A DNA stretch of 64,000 nucleotides, counting the filler, from an uncultured Methanosarcinales archaeon (GTDB taxonomy: Archaea > Nanobdellota > Nanobdellia > Woesearchaeales > JABMPP01), in the NCBI GenBank assembly GCA_964604995.1. It is 4 parts of 4 records of this genome, joined end to end, with 100 filler letters (N's around TTAATTAATTAA, not from the genome) between each part and the next. Parts side by side here need not be neighbours in the genome. Positions count along the whole stretch, not along the records: positions 23,276 to 45,223 come from CAZSAD010000028.1; positions 45,324 to 61,717 come from CAZSAD010000034.1; 2 more parts are not named here. One strand, 5' to 3'. Within the stretch, counting starts at the first letter, position 1. Each line of letters opens with the position of its first letter. The notes beneath the pieces were generated by a model, which ran no database searches, had not been told where the DNA came from, and saw only the letters and a program-made list of their open reading frames with translations. This document shows positions 39,952-51,371 of this stretch, piece by piece. A program made the position numbers and the translations under genes.

Positions 39952-40835
39952 TTTATTATAGCTGTTATTCTTGAAGATTTGTTACATATATATGATAGCA
40001 CTGCTAAAGGTAAAAACAATATCACTAACAACAATATGTATGATGTCTTCACTTTTTTTCCATATTTCATTTTAAAGAAATTTACAAAATCATTTAGAGT
40101 AAACTCTTGATGTATAATTATATTAAATTTTTCTTTCTCAAATAATATTTTTAAAGATTTTTTAGAAAAGATATTGATATGTCTCGGAGCATCAAAAATA
40201 TAGGTGTGATATTTTACAGTGTTTAAAAATAAAAAGTCAGCACTAGGTGTCTTGATAAAAATTAATCCATTATTATTTAAACAACTTTTTAGTTTTTTAA
40301 CAATTTTAACAGGTTGATAAAAATGCTCAATCACATGACTCATTATTATTATATCAAATTTTTCTTTTAAATTAATATCTTCAAAATTTCCGATTAACGC
40401 GTTTATACCTTGCTTTTTTAGCCTATTCACAGAACCTTTATCTAAATCTATAGCAGTTACATAGTGACCTTTGCTTTTAAAATATTTGGAGAATATACCT
40501 TCTCCAGCACCAATTTCTAATACTTTAAGTTTTCCATCTTTAAACGATTGAAGTAATTTTTTAGCTTGATAGTGTATAAAAATAGTTCTTATGTTGTTAA
40601 ATTTCATTTTGGTATATGCACCATAATTATGAGAATAAGCTTTCGAAATTAAATTTTCTTTCAGAGGATTCCCCAAAAAAAGATTACCACATTTTAAACA
40701 TTTATTAAAAAAAAATCGTCCTTCTATAGATCCATAAAAATCTAATATTTTGGAATATTTTTTTATTTTAATATGATTACTGTTACATATAGGACATTTT
40801 TTTATTAAAAAAATATCTTCTTTATTCATCTGCAC
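39948..40835 (-). CDS. class I SAM methyltransferase with N-terminal zinc ribbon
   Basis: CPIC...CLKC, LEIGAGEG, SHVIEH, PRHI. Confidence 0.85.
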   Translation of the reverse strand: MQMNKEDIFLIKKCPICNSNHIKIKKYSKILDFYGSIEGRFFFNKCLKCGNLFLGNPLKENLISKAYSHNYGAYTKMKFNNIRTIFIHYQAKKLLQSFKDGKLKVLEIGAGEGIFSKYFKSKGHYVTAIDLDKGSVNRLKKQGINALIGNFEDINLKEKFDIIIMSHVIEHFYQPVKIVKKLKSCLNNNGLIFIKTPSADFLFLNTVKYHTYIFDAPRHINIFSKKSLKILFEKEKFNIIIHQEFTLNDFVNFFKMKYGKKVKTSYILLLVILFLPLAVLSYICNKSSRITAIIK

Positions 40836-41862
40836 ACCAATTTATTTTTTTAGCTAAATCTTTAACATCTTTTTCTTTTGCGAAGTAAAATTTCGCTTTA
40901 GGGAATTCTTTTGCAATCTTTCTTGTTTCATTCATATCAAAACAAACTATGGGCAGATGCATTGCAACATAGTTGTAAATTTTTGCATTTGCCTCTCCAC
41001 TTTCAAGAGTTTTAGGGGAAATTGCTATATCTCCAAGTTTTAAGTATGATGCTGCTTTTTCATAAGGTATTTGACCAATGAATGTAATTCTTTCTTCCAC
41101 ACCTATTTCTCTTGCTAAATCTTTAGCTTCTTCATAAGGATAACCCATTATTAAAAAATGAAACTTTTTATTAGTATAAGGAATAGCTTTTATTAAATAT
41201 TGAATTCCTTTGTATTTTTGAAGTCCACCTAAATAGACAACTATCTTCTTATTTTTAGGTAACGCTATTTTCGCTGGTTTTACTCGAAAATTGAATAAAG
41301 ATATATCCGGAAAATCTTTATTCGTAGAAATTTTATTAATCTTAAAGTGTTTTAACATAAATTCCTTTAGTCCCTCAGTACTTGTTATTATTTCATCTGA
41401 ATTTTTTGCAATATTCTTCTCGATTTTCCAGAATAAGTTATATAATAAACTGTTCTTTTTTATAGTACCCTGAGCCGAAAGTTCGCCAGTCAGAGATCCT
41501 TGAGCATCAAAGACAACTTTAAGATTGTACTTCTTCTTTAATAATATGCCAATTAATGCCCCTTCATGTAAATGCCCATAAATAAGATCATATTTTTTTT
41601 GTTTTAACAATTTTCTTGCTTTAAAGTAAATTAAAATATCTAAAAAAGGTTTGTATATAGAAAATCCAGGACTCTTTTTTTTATATCCTAGAAGATGCAT
41701 TACTCTTTTAGGATAAATATTCAAAACATTTCTTCCTAAAGGATAAGTTATTATTGTTATATCATTTCCTTCTCTTTTTAATCTTAGATAACTATTAAGA
41801 ACTCTTATATGACAACCTCTATCTGAGAAGAAAGGGGTTGGTGCAAGCATTAGTATTTTCAT
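40822..41862 (-). CDS. glycosyltransferase family 4
   Basis: APTPFFSDRGC, YLGGL..YKG, KIYNYVAMHLP. Confidence 0.85.
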   Translation of the reverse strand: MKILMLAPTPFFSDRGCHIRVLNSYLRLKREGNDITIITYPLGRNVLNIYPKRVMHLLGYKKKSPGFSIYKPFLDILIYFKARKLLKQKKYDLIYGHLHEGALIGILLKKKYNLKVVFDAQGSLTGELSAQGTIKKNSLLYNLFWKIEKNIAKNSDEIITSTEGLKEFMLKHFKINKISTNKDFPDISLFNFRVKPAKIALPKNKKIVVYLGGLQKYKGIQYLIKAIPYTNKKFHFLIMGYPYEEAKDLAREIGVEERITFIGQIPYEKAASYLKLGDIAISPKTLESGEANAKIYNYVAMHLPIVCFDMNETRKIAKEFPKAKFYFAKEKDVKDLAKKINWCADE

Positions 41863-41890
41863 TTTATATAATATCCCCTGATCTTTTTAT

Positions 41891-43350
<1,460 letters not shown>

Positions 43351-43381
43351 TTTGTTTAATTATTAATTCCCTTTTCAATTT

Positions 43382-44344
43382 TCATTTTTGTTTTAAATAT
43401 GCATTATAGGTTGATTTAACCATGTCTTCAACTTTCTTTTTTGGTTCCCAATCTAAGATTTTTTTTGCCAAGTTATTAGAAGCAATTATTGTAGCAGAAT
43501 CTCCTAATCTTCTTTTACCCATAACACATTTAATTTTTTTCCCAGAGATTTCTTGACAACAATTTACTAATTCAAGAACACTTATTCCATGGGATGTACC
43601 AAGATTTATAGTGTGGTTGCTAGTTATTTCTAGTGATTGAATATGTGCTTCAATTAAATCATTTATGTCAATATAGTCTCTTACACATGTACCATCATAA
43701 GTATCATAATCATTTCCAAAAATAGCAAATGTTTTATTATTAACCAAAGAATCCATTAAAATTGGAAATACATTTCTTGCATCTTTGTCAAAATAATTCA
43801 AGCCTGCATCACCTGCAACATTAAAATATCTAAGATTCACAAATTTAATGCCATGAATTTTTGAGTACCATTCAATGATTTTTTCACATTCTAATTTAGT
43901 GAATCCATAAAAATTTATAGGTATTGTTGAATGCAATTCATCAATGGGTAAATAATTTGGATTTCCATAAACTGCAGCTGTAGATGAAAACACTATTTTA
44001 GATATATTATATTCCACCATTAAATTTAAAAGATTTATTGTACCAGAAATATTATCTATGTATTTTGAAGTATTAGTCATTGATTCTTCAACACTTTTGT
44101 ATGCTGCAAAATGAATTATAGCATCAATTTTATTCGAAGAAAAAACATTTTTTAGATCTTCCTTATTAGTTAAATCCAAATGATAAAATTTAGCACGCGA
44201 ATCAACTAACTTTTTATCACCTTTACTTAAATTATCAACAACAATAACAAAATTCCCATTATCCAATAGCTTTTTTACTGTAGCTGAGCCAATATACCCT
44301 GCTCCACCTGTAACAAGAATTGTTTTCTTTTGTTTGATTGTCAT
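43382..44344 (-). CDS. galE: UDP-glucose 4-epimerase
   Basis: TGGAGYIGS, FSSTAAVYG, YGFTK, LRYFNVAG, DGTCVRDYI. Confidence 0.92.
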   Translation of the reverse strand: MTIKQKKTILVTGGAGYIGSATVKKLLDNGNFVIVVDNLSKGDKKLVDSRAKFYHLDLTNKEDLKNVFSSNKIDAIIHFAAYKSVEESMTNTSKYIDNISGTINLLNLMVEYNISKIVFSSTAAVYGNPNYLPIDELHSTIPINFYGFTKLECEKIIEWYSKIHGIKFVNLRYFNVAGDAGLNYFDKDARNVFPILMDSLVNNKTFAIFGNDYDTYDGTCVRDYIDINDLIEAHIQSLEITSNHTINLGTSHGISVLELVNCCQEISGKKIKCVMGKRRLGDSATIIASNNLAKKILDWEPKKKVEDMVKSTYNAYLKQK

Positions 44345-44368
44345 TTTATCCAAGTTTATAATTTATTC

Positions 44369-45223
44369 TCATTTTATATAATATCCCCCTGTTTTCCTGC
44401 TTCCTCTTCGTTCAATTAAATCTTTTTCGACTAATATTTTGATCTGTCTTTCTATTGTTTTTAGAGGTTTACCTAATTTTTTAGCACAATCCTTTGCTTT
44501 AATATTAGGATTTAGTCCAATAAAATGCACTAATACATTTAATCCCTCATTTAATCCCTCATTTAATCCCTCATTTAATCCCTCATTTAATCCGCCATTT
44601 TCTTTGTCAAAAACAATCACTTCAAAACCCCCTGATTTTTCGCTAATTTGAGGTTCTATAAGGCCATATTCCCTAAATTCTTTTAATGCTCTAGAAATTC
44701 CACTACCATATCTTTCAATTAGACCACAATCTCTGAAGATTTCAGCAATTAATCTGTTTCTAGGATGAGATTTTTCTTGTCCAGAAATAACTTCTTTCAA
44801 AGAAATATCATACGGAAGTTTTCCAATATTGAAAATTTCAAGTTTATCTGGAAAAATCTTGATTTGTGTATGCAATCCATCTTGATAATCTTTATGCACG
44901 ATTGAATTTATAATAAATTCTCTTAGTGCTTTTAGAGGATATTGCCATCTTTCTTCTCTTTGAGGTTTTCCTGTTATTACATATTCTTTTAAGATATATG
45001 CTTCAATAAAATCCATGACTTCCTGAACTTCTAAAAGTAATCCATTTCTTATTAGTTTTGATTTTTTAATAATTGAAGGGTCATTAAATAAACCAATTTG
45101 TATGTCTGTCTCACGTAATTCTTTTTTTGAAAAAAGCAAATATGCAGCATTCGATATTTTTCCTTCATTGACTAAATCATATTTTTTCAAGAAAACATTA
45201 TTATCCTTAAATTTTGTTTTTAG
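44369..45223 (-). CDS. AlbA/Schlafen-associated 'RecG-like' ATP-binding domain protein with C-terminal wHTH (5' truncated)
   Basis: YPLKALREFIINSIVHKDY, PRNRLIAEIF, IERYGSGI, C-terminal RGSRKTGGY; open to the contig end. Confidence 0.8.
   Translation of the reverse strand, partial: LKTKFKDNNVFLKKYDLVNEGKISNAAYLLFSKKELRETDIQIGLFNDPSIIKKSKLIRNGLLLEVQEVMDFIEAYILKEYVITGKPQREERWQYPLKALREFIINSIVHKDYQDGLHTQIKIFPDKLEIFNIGKLPYDISLKEVISGQEKSHPRNRLIAEIFRDCGLIERYGSGISRALKEFREYGLIEPQISEKSGGFEVIVFDKENGGLNEGLNEGLNEGLNEGLNVLVHFIGLNPNIKAKDCAKKLGKPLKTIERQIKILVEKDLIERRGSRKTGGYYIK
44536..44593. repeat. 12-bp tandem repeat (CATTTAATCCCT) x~4.8 encoding GLNE repeats
   Basis: Perfect units at 44536, 44548, 44560 and 44572, plus a partial unit. 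Confidence 0.92.
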
Positions 45224-45323
45224 NNNNNNNNNNNNNNNNNNNNNNNNNNNNNNNNNNNNNNNNNNNNTTAATTAATTAANNNNNNNNNNNNNNNNNNNNN
45301 NNNNNNNNNNNNNNNNNNNNNNN
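45224..45323. other. artificial contig-join spacer
   Basis: N44-TTAATTAATTAA-N44. Confidence 0.97.
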
Positions 45324-45396
45324 AAAGTTATATTAATCCCAAATACTATTGACCCAAACAACTTCATAGTTATATTATTAAGACGAAGGTGAGAAT

Positions 45397-45735
45397 ATGT
45401 GCGGAGAGAAGGACATAATGGTTTCATGCAGAAAATGCAATGTTAAAGTCCCAGCAAGTCAACTTAAGATGGATTTAGATGAAAAATTGATGGTTTGCGC
45501 AAATTGTTTAAAATCTAATAAATCTACTTTAGCAACCAAAAAAGTTGTAGTACCAACAACTCAAAAAGAAGAGTCTACTTCTTCTTTTACAAGTCACTCA
45601 AAACCATCAAATGAACCATTAACAGCTCAAAAAATTAAGCATTCTTGCAAATCTTGTGGTTACAACTTTAATGTGAATATGGATAATATGACCCCAAGAA
45701 ATTGTCCTTATTGTGGCAAACCAGTATTTTCTTAA
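45397..45735 (+). CDS. small protein with two zinc-ribbon (CxxC...CxxC) modules
   Basis: CRKC..CANC and CKSC..CPYC; GGTGA RBS upstream. Confidence 0.7.
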   Translation: MCGEKDIMVSCRKCNVKVPASQLKMDLDEKLMVCANCLKSNKSTLATKKVVVPTTQKEESTSSFTSHSKPSNEPLTAQKIKHSCKSCGYNFNVNMDNMTPRNCPYCGKPVFS

Positions 45736-45836
45736 ATTATTTTTTGTATTTTTGTTAATATTAATAATGGGGACATTAAAAACAAATCTTTTTAGATTCT
45801 TGAAAAATTCCAAGCTATAAAGAGCAAAAAAATTAA

Positions 45837-45907
45837 GCGGCTTGAGTTTGATGGTAGAATGCGAGCTTCCCAAGCTTGAGATGCGGGTTCGATTCCCGCA
45901 AGCCGCA
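45837..45907 (+). tRNA. tRNA-Gly(CCC)
   Basis: Acceptor GCGGCTT/AAGCCGC-A, anticodon arm CGAGC-TTCCCAA-GCTTG, T arm GCGGG-TTCGATT-CCCGC; no encoded CCA. Confidence 0.95.
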
Positions 45908-45915
45908 TAAATATT

Positions 45916-46776
45916 TTATAATATTTTGAAATGTTTGAAGATATCAATAATTCCATTCTTATCTACACTTGGACCAACATAAGAAAATTCTTTTCCTTTA
46001 GACAAAACCAATTTCTTCAATTCTTCAGATGCATTTTCCATTGCAGCACCATATTTACATAATTGAATAAATTGCCAATCATCAGTACTATCTCCAACAC
46101 CCAAGACATTTTTAAAGGTTAAATTCATATTATTAATAATTTCTTCCCACGCATTTTTCTTAGAAATTCCTTTTGCAGTTATTATACCAAACTGTAATGG
46201 CAACGCAACAGGATGGATCCCCCAACTCAATACTAAATCTTTTTCAAACGGTTTAAAAATTTTAATCAATCGTTTTTTATCTCTCTCATTTTTTGCAATA
46301 GGCATAATTTTTGTAATCTTATTTGTTTGAACAAAACTCTTAAGCGATTTAACTTGAAGTGGCTCTTGTTGTAGAACATGGGTATGTTTATCTGTAATTT
46401 TGGATATCTGATTTTTTTGTATATAATAATTATCAACAGTATAAACCTCTACGTAGACTTTATTTTTTAAATAAATATCTAATAATTTAACCGTAGAGGA
46501 TGATTTTATAATATTTTGTTTCAAAATTTTATTTTTGAGCGGATTAATAATAACTGCTCCTCCATCAGTAATATGCAAATTATTTAGATTTGCATTTTTT
46601 ATTATTTCTTCAATGGCAAAATATGGTTTTGCAGTACAAAGACTCACAAAAATACCTTTTGACTTAACTTTCTTAAGAGCAGAAATTACTTTTAGATGCG
46701 GCAATGGGGAATTAAAACCAATTTTTTTGCCAACTATTACCCCATCAATATCTAAAATTATACCTTTAATTTTCAT
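45916..46776 (-). CDS. Cof-like HAD-IIB hydrolase
   Basis: DIDG, CTAK, GISK, GVGDSTDD, AMENA. Confidence 0.85.
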   Translation of the reverse strand: MKIKGIILDIDGVIVGKKIGFNSPLPHLKVISALKKVKSKGIFVSLCTAKPYFAIEEIIKNANLNNLHITDGGAVIINPLKNKILKQNIIKSSSTVKLLDIYLKNKVYVEVYTVDNYYIQKNQISKITDKHTHVLQQEPLQVKSLKSFVQTNKITKIMPIAKNERDKKRLIKIFKPFEKDLVLSWGIHPVALPLQFGIITAKGISKKNAWEEIINNMNLTFKNVLGVGDSTDDWQFIQLCKYGAAMENASEELKKLVLSKGKEFSYVGPSVDKNGIIDIFKHFKIL

Positions 46777-46911
46777 TATATATCTAATATTATAACTACT
46801 ATAAATATATTCTTCACAATTTTTTTTGAATATCTCATTTACTTAAAATAATATTCTATTTTTTACAATAAAACATAAACAATTTAAATAAAACCACTCT
46901 CTTAATTATCT

Positions 46912-48399
46912 ATGAAACTCAAAATTACAACAAATAAGCATTTTCTTTCAACAAAAGACACCTTGTTTATTGGTGTTTTTGAAGGCGAAGCAAAGTTCAA
47001 TATCGAATCTAGCAATAATCCTCAAATAGATGTAGATTTTATTAAAGAAAATTTTAAAGCTTTTAATTTTACAGGAAAAAATGATCAAAGCTTACTATTA
47101 AGGCTTCCAAGTAAAGTAAATGCTCTGATCTATGGTTTAGGTGAAAAAGGAAAATTTACATTAAATTCACTTAGAAGAATAGTTGCAAGTGCAATAAAAT
47201 CAGCTATAAAAATAAATGCAAAAGAATTATCATTTAGTTCTAAATTTTCAGATACTTTAAGTGAGTACGATATGGCAAAATCAATAGCTGAAGTGGTACA
47301 CATGTCAACCTATAAATTCGAAAGTTACAAAACTGAAAAAACATTAATGCAATTAGAAACAATAGTTATAAGCGACATTGATGAAAATTCAAAAAAACAA
47401 TCCGAAAAAGCTATTTTTGAAGGTGAAACATTTGGTTTGATGAATGTCAAAGCAAGAGAACTTACAAATACAATCCCTCAAATAGCAACTCCTGCTTATA
47501 TGGCAGATATGGCAAAAAAAATTGCAAAAGAAAATGACATGTCAATAAAAATTTTGGATAAAAAAGAAATGGAAAATTTAGGAATGAATTCCATTTTAGC
47601 AGTTGGTCAAGGTTCTAAAAATGAACCTAAATTTGTGATTATGGAATATACTGGAGCATTGCAAAAAACAGTAGCGCTTGTTGGAAAAGGTGTATGTTTT
47701 GATGCAGGTGGTCTAGATATTAAAAATGCATCTGGAATGGAAACTATGAAAGGAGATAAAGCAGGTGCAATAGCAGTCATGTGCACAATGGGGGCAATAG
47801 CTAAGTTAAAACCTAAAATTAGTGTCATTGCAATAATGCCTTTTGTTGAAAATCTTGTAAGCGATACTAGCTATAAACCAAGTGATATCATTAAATCTTA
47901 TTCAGGAAAAACAATTGAAGTTTTAAATACTGATGCTGAAGGAAGAATAATTTTATCCGATGCACTTTATTATGCAGTTACAAAATATAAACCAGTTGCA
48001 GTAATTGATATAGCAACACTAACTGGAGCAGTTACAGTTGCATTAGGAAACAATGTTGCAGCTGTTATGGGTAACGATAGATCAACAATTTCAAAATTAA
48101 TTGTATCAGGAACAAAAACATATGAGAGGCTTTGGGAGTTACCTATGTTTGATGATTATTTTGATTTAATGAAAAGTGATCATGCAGATGTTAAAAATGT
48201 TATTTCAAATCAACCAGGAAATCCAGCAGGCACAATAACTGGTGCAGTTTTTCTTTCGCATTTTATTGAAGATACTAATTGGGCACATATTGATATTGCA
48301 GGAACTGCATGGTGTTCTTCAGACGAAGGTTATACCAGTAAAGGTTCAACTGGTTTTGGAGTTAGGCTTTTAACACAATTTTTATTGGATTATGAATAA
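46912..48399 (+). CDS. pepA: leucyl aminopeptidase (M17)
   Basis: VGKGVCFDAGG, MKGD, NTDAEGR, IDIATLTGA, HIDIAG. Confidence 0.95.
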   Translation: MKLKITTNKHFLSTKDTLFIGVFEGEAKFNIESSNNPQIDVDFIKENFKAFNFTGKNDQSLLLRLPSKVNALIYGLGEKGKFTLNSLRRIVASAIKSAIKINAKELSFSSKFSDTLSEYDMAKSIAEVVHMSTYKFESYKTEKTLMQLETIVISDIDENSKKQSEKAIFEGETFGLMNVKARELTNTIPQIATPAYMADMAKKIAKENDMSIKILDKKEMENLGMNSILAVGQGSKNEPKFVIMEYTGALQKTVALVGKGVCFDAGGLDIKNASGMETMKGDKAGAIAVMCTMGAIAKLKPKISVIAIMPFVENLVSDTSYKPSDIIKSYSGKTIEVLNTDAEGRIILSDALYYAVTKYKPVAVIDIATLTGAVTVALGNNVAAVMGNDRSTISKLIVSGTKTYERLWELPMFDDYFDLMKSDHADVKNVISNQPGNPAGTITGAVFLSHFIEDTNWAHIDIAGTAWCSSDEGYTSKGSTGFGVRLLTQFLLDYE

Positions 48400-48569
48400 A
48401 AATCAATCAATATTTTCAAATTATTATTCTTCTATTATTTTCTTCTACTATTATATTTTTTTATCATTTTATCATTTTTCTATTTAATATTGCGTAAGCT
48501 TTATAAATTCTTAACAATGGTTAATTTTCTAGGAAATACTATTTTATTGTAAATTATAGGGTTATAATT

Positions 48570-49979
48570 ATGGATGAAGAAAAATTAATACAAGCAAATA
48601 TCACATCTCAAGATTTGGATAGTCCCAATGAAGAAAGATATACTTACAAATCTTCACTCGGATTAACTTTAGATATAGTTAAAAATATCTCTAAAATGAA
48701 AAATGAGCCAGATTGGATGCTTCAAAAAAGATTACAAGCATTTGAAATATTTATAAAAAAGTCAATTCCTAATTGGGGAGTTGATTTATCAAATCTTAAT
48801 CTCAAGGAAATTATATATTATATGAAATCTGATGCAGAAAGATCTGAGAGTTGGGGATCTTTACCTGAAGATATCAAAAGAACATTCGAGAAATTAGGAA
48901 TTCCAGAAGCAGAACGAACAGTCCTTGGTGGTGCTGGTGCACAATATGAATCGGAAGTCGTTTATCACAAATTAAAGAAAGAATGGGAAGACAAAGGTGT
49001 AATTTTTGAAGATTGTGATGTAGCTATACAAAAATATCCAGAACTTGTAAAAAAATATTTTATGACAAAATGTGTTCCAGCAAAAGATCATAAATTTGCA
49101 GCTTTGCATGGTGCAGTTTGGAGTGGTGGAACTTTCATTTATGTTCCTGAAGGTGTAAAAGTTACAATGCCTTTGCAGGCATATTTTAGAATGAATGCAA
49201 AAAAGATGGGGCAATTTGAACATACCTTAATTATTGTTGAAAAAGGTGCAGAATTGCAATACATTGAAGGTTGCTCAGCTCCACAATATGCAGTTAACTC
49301 TCTTCATGCAGGATGTGTTGAAATTTTTGTAAAAGAAGGAGCACGAATGCGTTATAGTTCAGTTGAAAATTGGAGTAGAAATACCTATAATCTAAATACC
49401 AAACGTGCAATTGTTGAAAAAAATGGGACAATGGAATGGATTGGTGGTAACATGGGAAGTTGCGTTACAATGCTTTATCCTTGCAGTGTTTTAATTGGAG
49501 AAAATGCAAGAGCAGATCATATAGCAATTGCATACGCAGGTAGAGAGCAAAACCAGGATACAGGTGCAAAAATAATACACTTAGCACCAAATACTACTTC
49601 TCTAGTGAAATCAAAAAGTATTAGCAAAGATGGTGGTACAACTAGTTATCGCGGATTGTTAAAAATAGCAAAAGGTGCGATTAATTCTAAATCAATGGTT
49701 CATTGCGATGCACTTATTATGGATGCAACTTCCAAATCAAACACTTTTCCTTACATGGATGTAAAAGAAAATCTTGTTGATATCGGGCATGAAGCGACAG
49801 TTGGTAAAATAAGTGAAGAACAATTATTCTATCTTATGAGTCGCGGCTTAAATGAAGAGCAGGCAACACAAATGATTGTTTCTGGTTTTATTGAACCTAT
49901 TGTAAAAGAACTTCCACTTGAATATGCAGTTGAATTAAATAGGTTAATACAATTACAGCTCGAAGGAAGTATTGGTTAA
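48570..49979 (+). CDS. sufB: Fe-S cluster assembly protein SufB
   Basis: KLGIPEAE, AQYESEVVY, YIEGCSAP, HEATVGKI, ELPLEYAVE. Confidence 0.95.
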   Translation: MDEEKLIQANITSQDLDSPNEERYTYKSSLGLTLDIVKNISKMKNEPDWMLQKRLQAFEIFIKKSIPNWGVDLSNLNLKEIIYYMKSDAERSESWGSLPEDIKRTFEKLGIPEAERTVLGGAGAQYESEVVYHKLKKEWEDKGVIFEDCDVAIQKYPELVKKYFMTKCVPAKDHKFAALHGAVWSGGTFIYVPEGVKVTMPLQAYFRMNAKKMGQFEHTLIIVEKGAELQYIEGCSAPQYAVNSLHAGCVEIFVKEGARMRYSSVENWSRNTYNLNTKRAIVEKNGTMEWIGGNMGSCVTMLYPCSVLIGENARADHIAIAYAGREQNQDTGAKIIHLAPNTTSLVKSKSISKDGGTTSYRGLLKIAKGAINSKSMVHCDALIMDATSKSNTFPYMDVKENLVDIGHEATVGKISEEQLFYLMSRGLNEEQATQMIVSGFIEPIVKELPLEYAVELNRLIQLQLEGSIG

Positions 49980-50024
49980 ATAATGTAAAATTGGTACTAA
50001 ACTAAATAATATAAACTAAATAAT

Positions 50025-51347
50025 ATGAAAATAAATAACACATCACGAACTTTGAAAAATTGGAATTTAGAAAAAAAGCAGCAAGCACTTAATAGTCTAA
50101 AAACTTTTATGAATAATCAATCTACCTTTTCAATTTTTTTTGATCTTGATATTTCGACCCATTTAGCATACTCTATTTTAAAATCATATGCCCAAAATAT
50201 TCAAAACAAAACTTCAATTTCTAATCAATATAATTTAATTGAAAATTATAAAGATTTTATTTTTATTGATGCAAATACTCAAAAAATTTTAAATGAAAAT
50301 AACGTAATAATAACCAGTTTAAATGATGCACTGTCAAATTCCGATGACAAATTATCTATTTTAATTCAAAAAAATATATTTTCAAAATGTTTTAAGGAAG
50401 ATCCATTTATTTGCTTAAACTCCTCTTTTTGGAAAAGGGGCATTTTAATTTATATTCCAGATGAAACAAAAATCGAATCAGTAATAAAATTTGGTTTTAA
50501 AAATTATCAAAATTTACAAAATAGTGAGCCTTTATTGGATAGAATTTTAATAATTGTTGGTAAAAATAGTAAAGTAAAATTATTACAAATTTCACCAACT
50601 CTTTCTAATAATCATTCAACAATTACTAATGCTATAAATACCAACTTAAGTAATCCACAGCTAAGAATTGAGGTAATCGAAACAATAGTAAATGAAGAAA
50701 GTGAAGTTTTTTTTGGTAATTTACAAAATCATTCAAGTAATCTAAGCAATTTTAGTGTGAAAAAAGCAGATGTTAAAAAAAATGGAATATTAACTAATAT
50801 GGATTGTTGCTTTGGTGGAGATTTAACAATTTCACAAGTTCAAACAGATTTACAAGGACAAGGAGCAAAAACTTACAATTGGGGGATTTTCTTTGGAACA
50901 AAACAACAACAGTACGGTATCTTTCTGAAAAATTCACACAACTATCCTAATACTCTTTCGGACATGTTAACAAAAGGAGTTGTTGATAATGAAGCAAAAT
51001 CTATTTACAATGGTACTGTTAGAATAATTGAAAATGCAACAGGTTCAAATGGTTATCAAAAACAAGATGTTTTATTGCTAAGTAAAAATGCTGGAGCTGA
51101 TGCAAAGCCCAATCTCGAAATTGATAATAATGATGTTAGATGTACTCACGGTGTTTCAATTGGTCAAGTTGACAAAGATAAAATATTTTACATGATGAGT
51201 CGTGGCCTAGATGAGGAGCAGGCAAAGAAAAAATTAGTTGAAGGTTTTTTTGATACAATCTTAAGAAAAATCAAACTTCCTGAATTAAAAGAAGAAGTAA
51301 ATAAACTTGTTTTAATAAGTCTGTATGGTATTAATAAAAATGATTAG
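50025..51347 (+). CDS. sufD: Fe-S cluster assembly protein SufD
   Basis: PNLEIDNNDVRCTHG, FYMMSRGL, LVEGF. Confidence 0.88.
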   Translation: MKINNTSRTLKNWNLEKKQQALNSLKTFMNNQSTFSIFFDLDISTHLAYSILKSYAQNIQNKTSISNQYNLIENYKDFIFIDANTQKILNENNVIITSLNDALSNSDDKLSILIQKNIFSKCFKEDPFICLNSSFWKRGILIYIPDETKIESVIKFGFKNYQNLQNSEPLLDRILIIVGKNSKVKLLQISPTLSNNHSTITNAINTNLSNPQLRIEVIETIVNEESEVFFGNLQNHSSNLSNFSVKKADVKKNGILTNMDCCFGGDLTISQVQTDLQGQGAKTYNWGIFFGTKQQQYGIFLKNSHNYPNTLSDMLTKGVVDNEAKSIYNGTVRIIENATGSNGYQKQDVLLLSKNAGADAKPNLEIDNNDVRCTHGVSIGQVDKDKIFYMMSRGLDEEQAKKKLVEGFFDTILRKIKLPELKEEVNKLVLISLYGINKND

Positions 51348-51371
51348 TAAAAATAACTGGTGATATTAACA

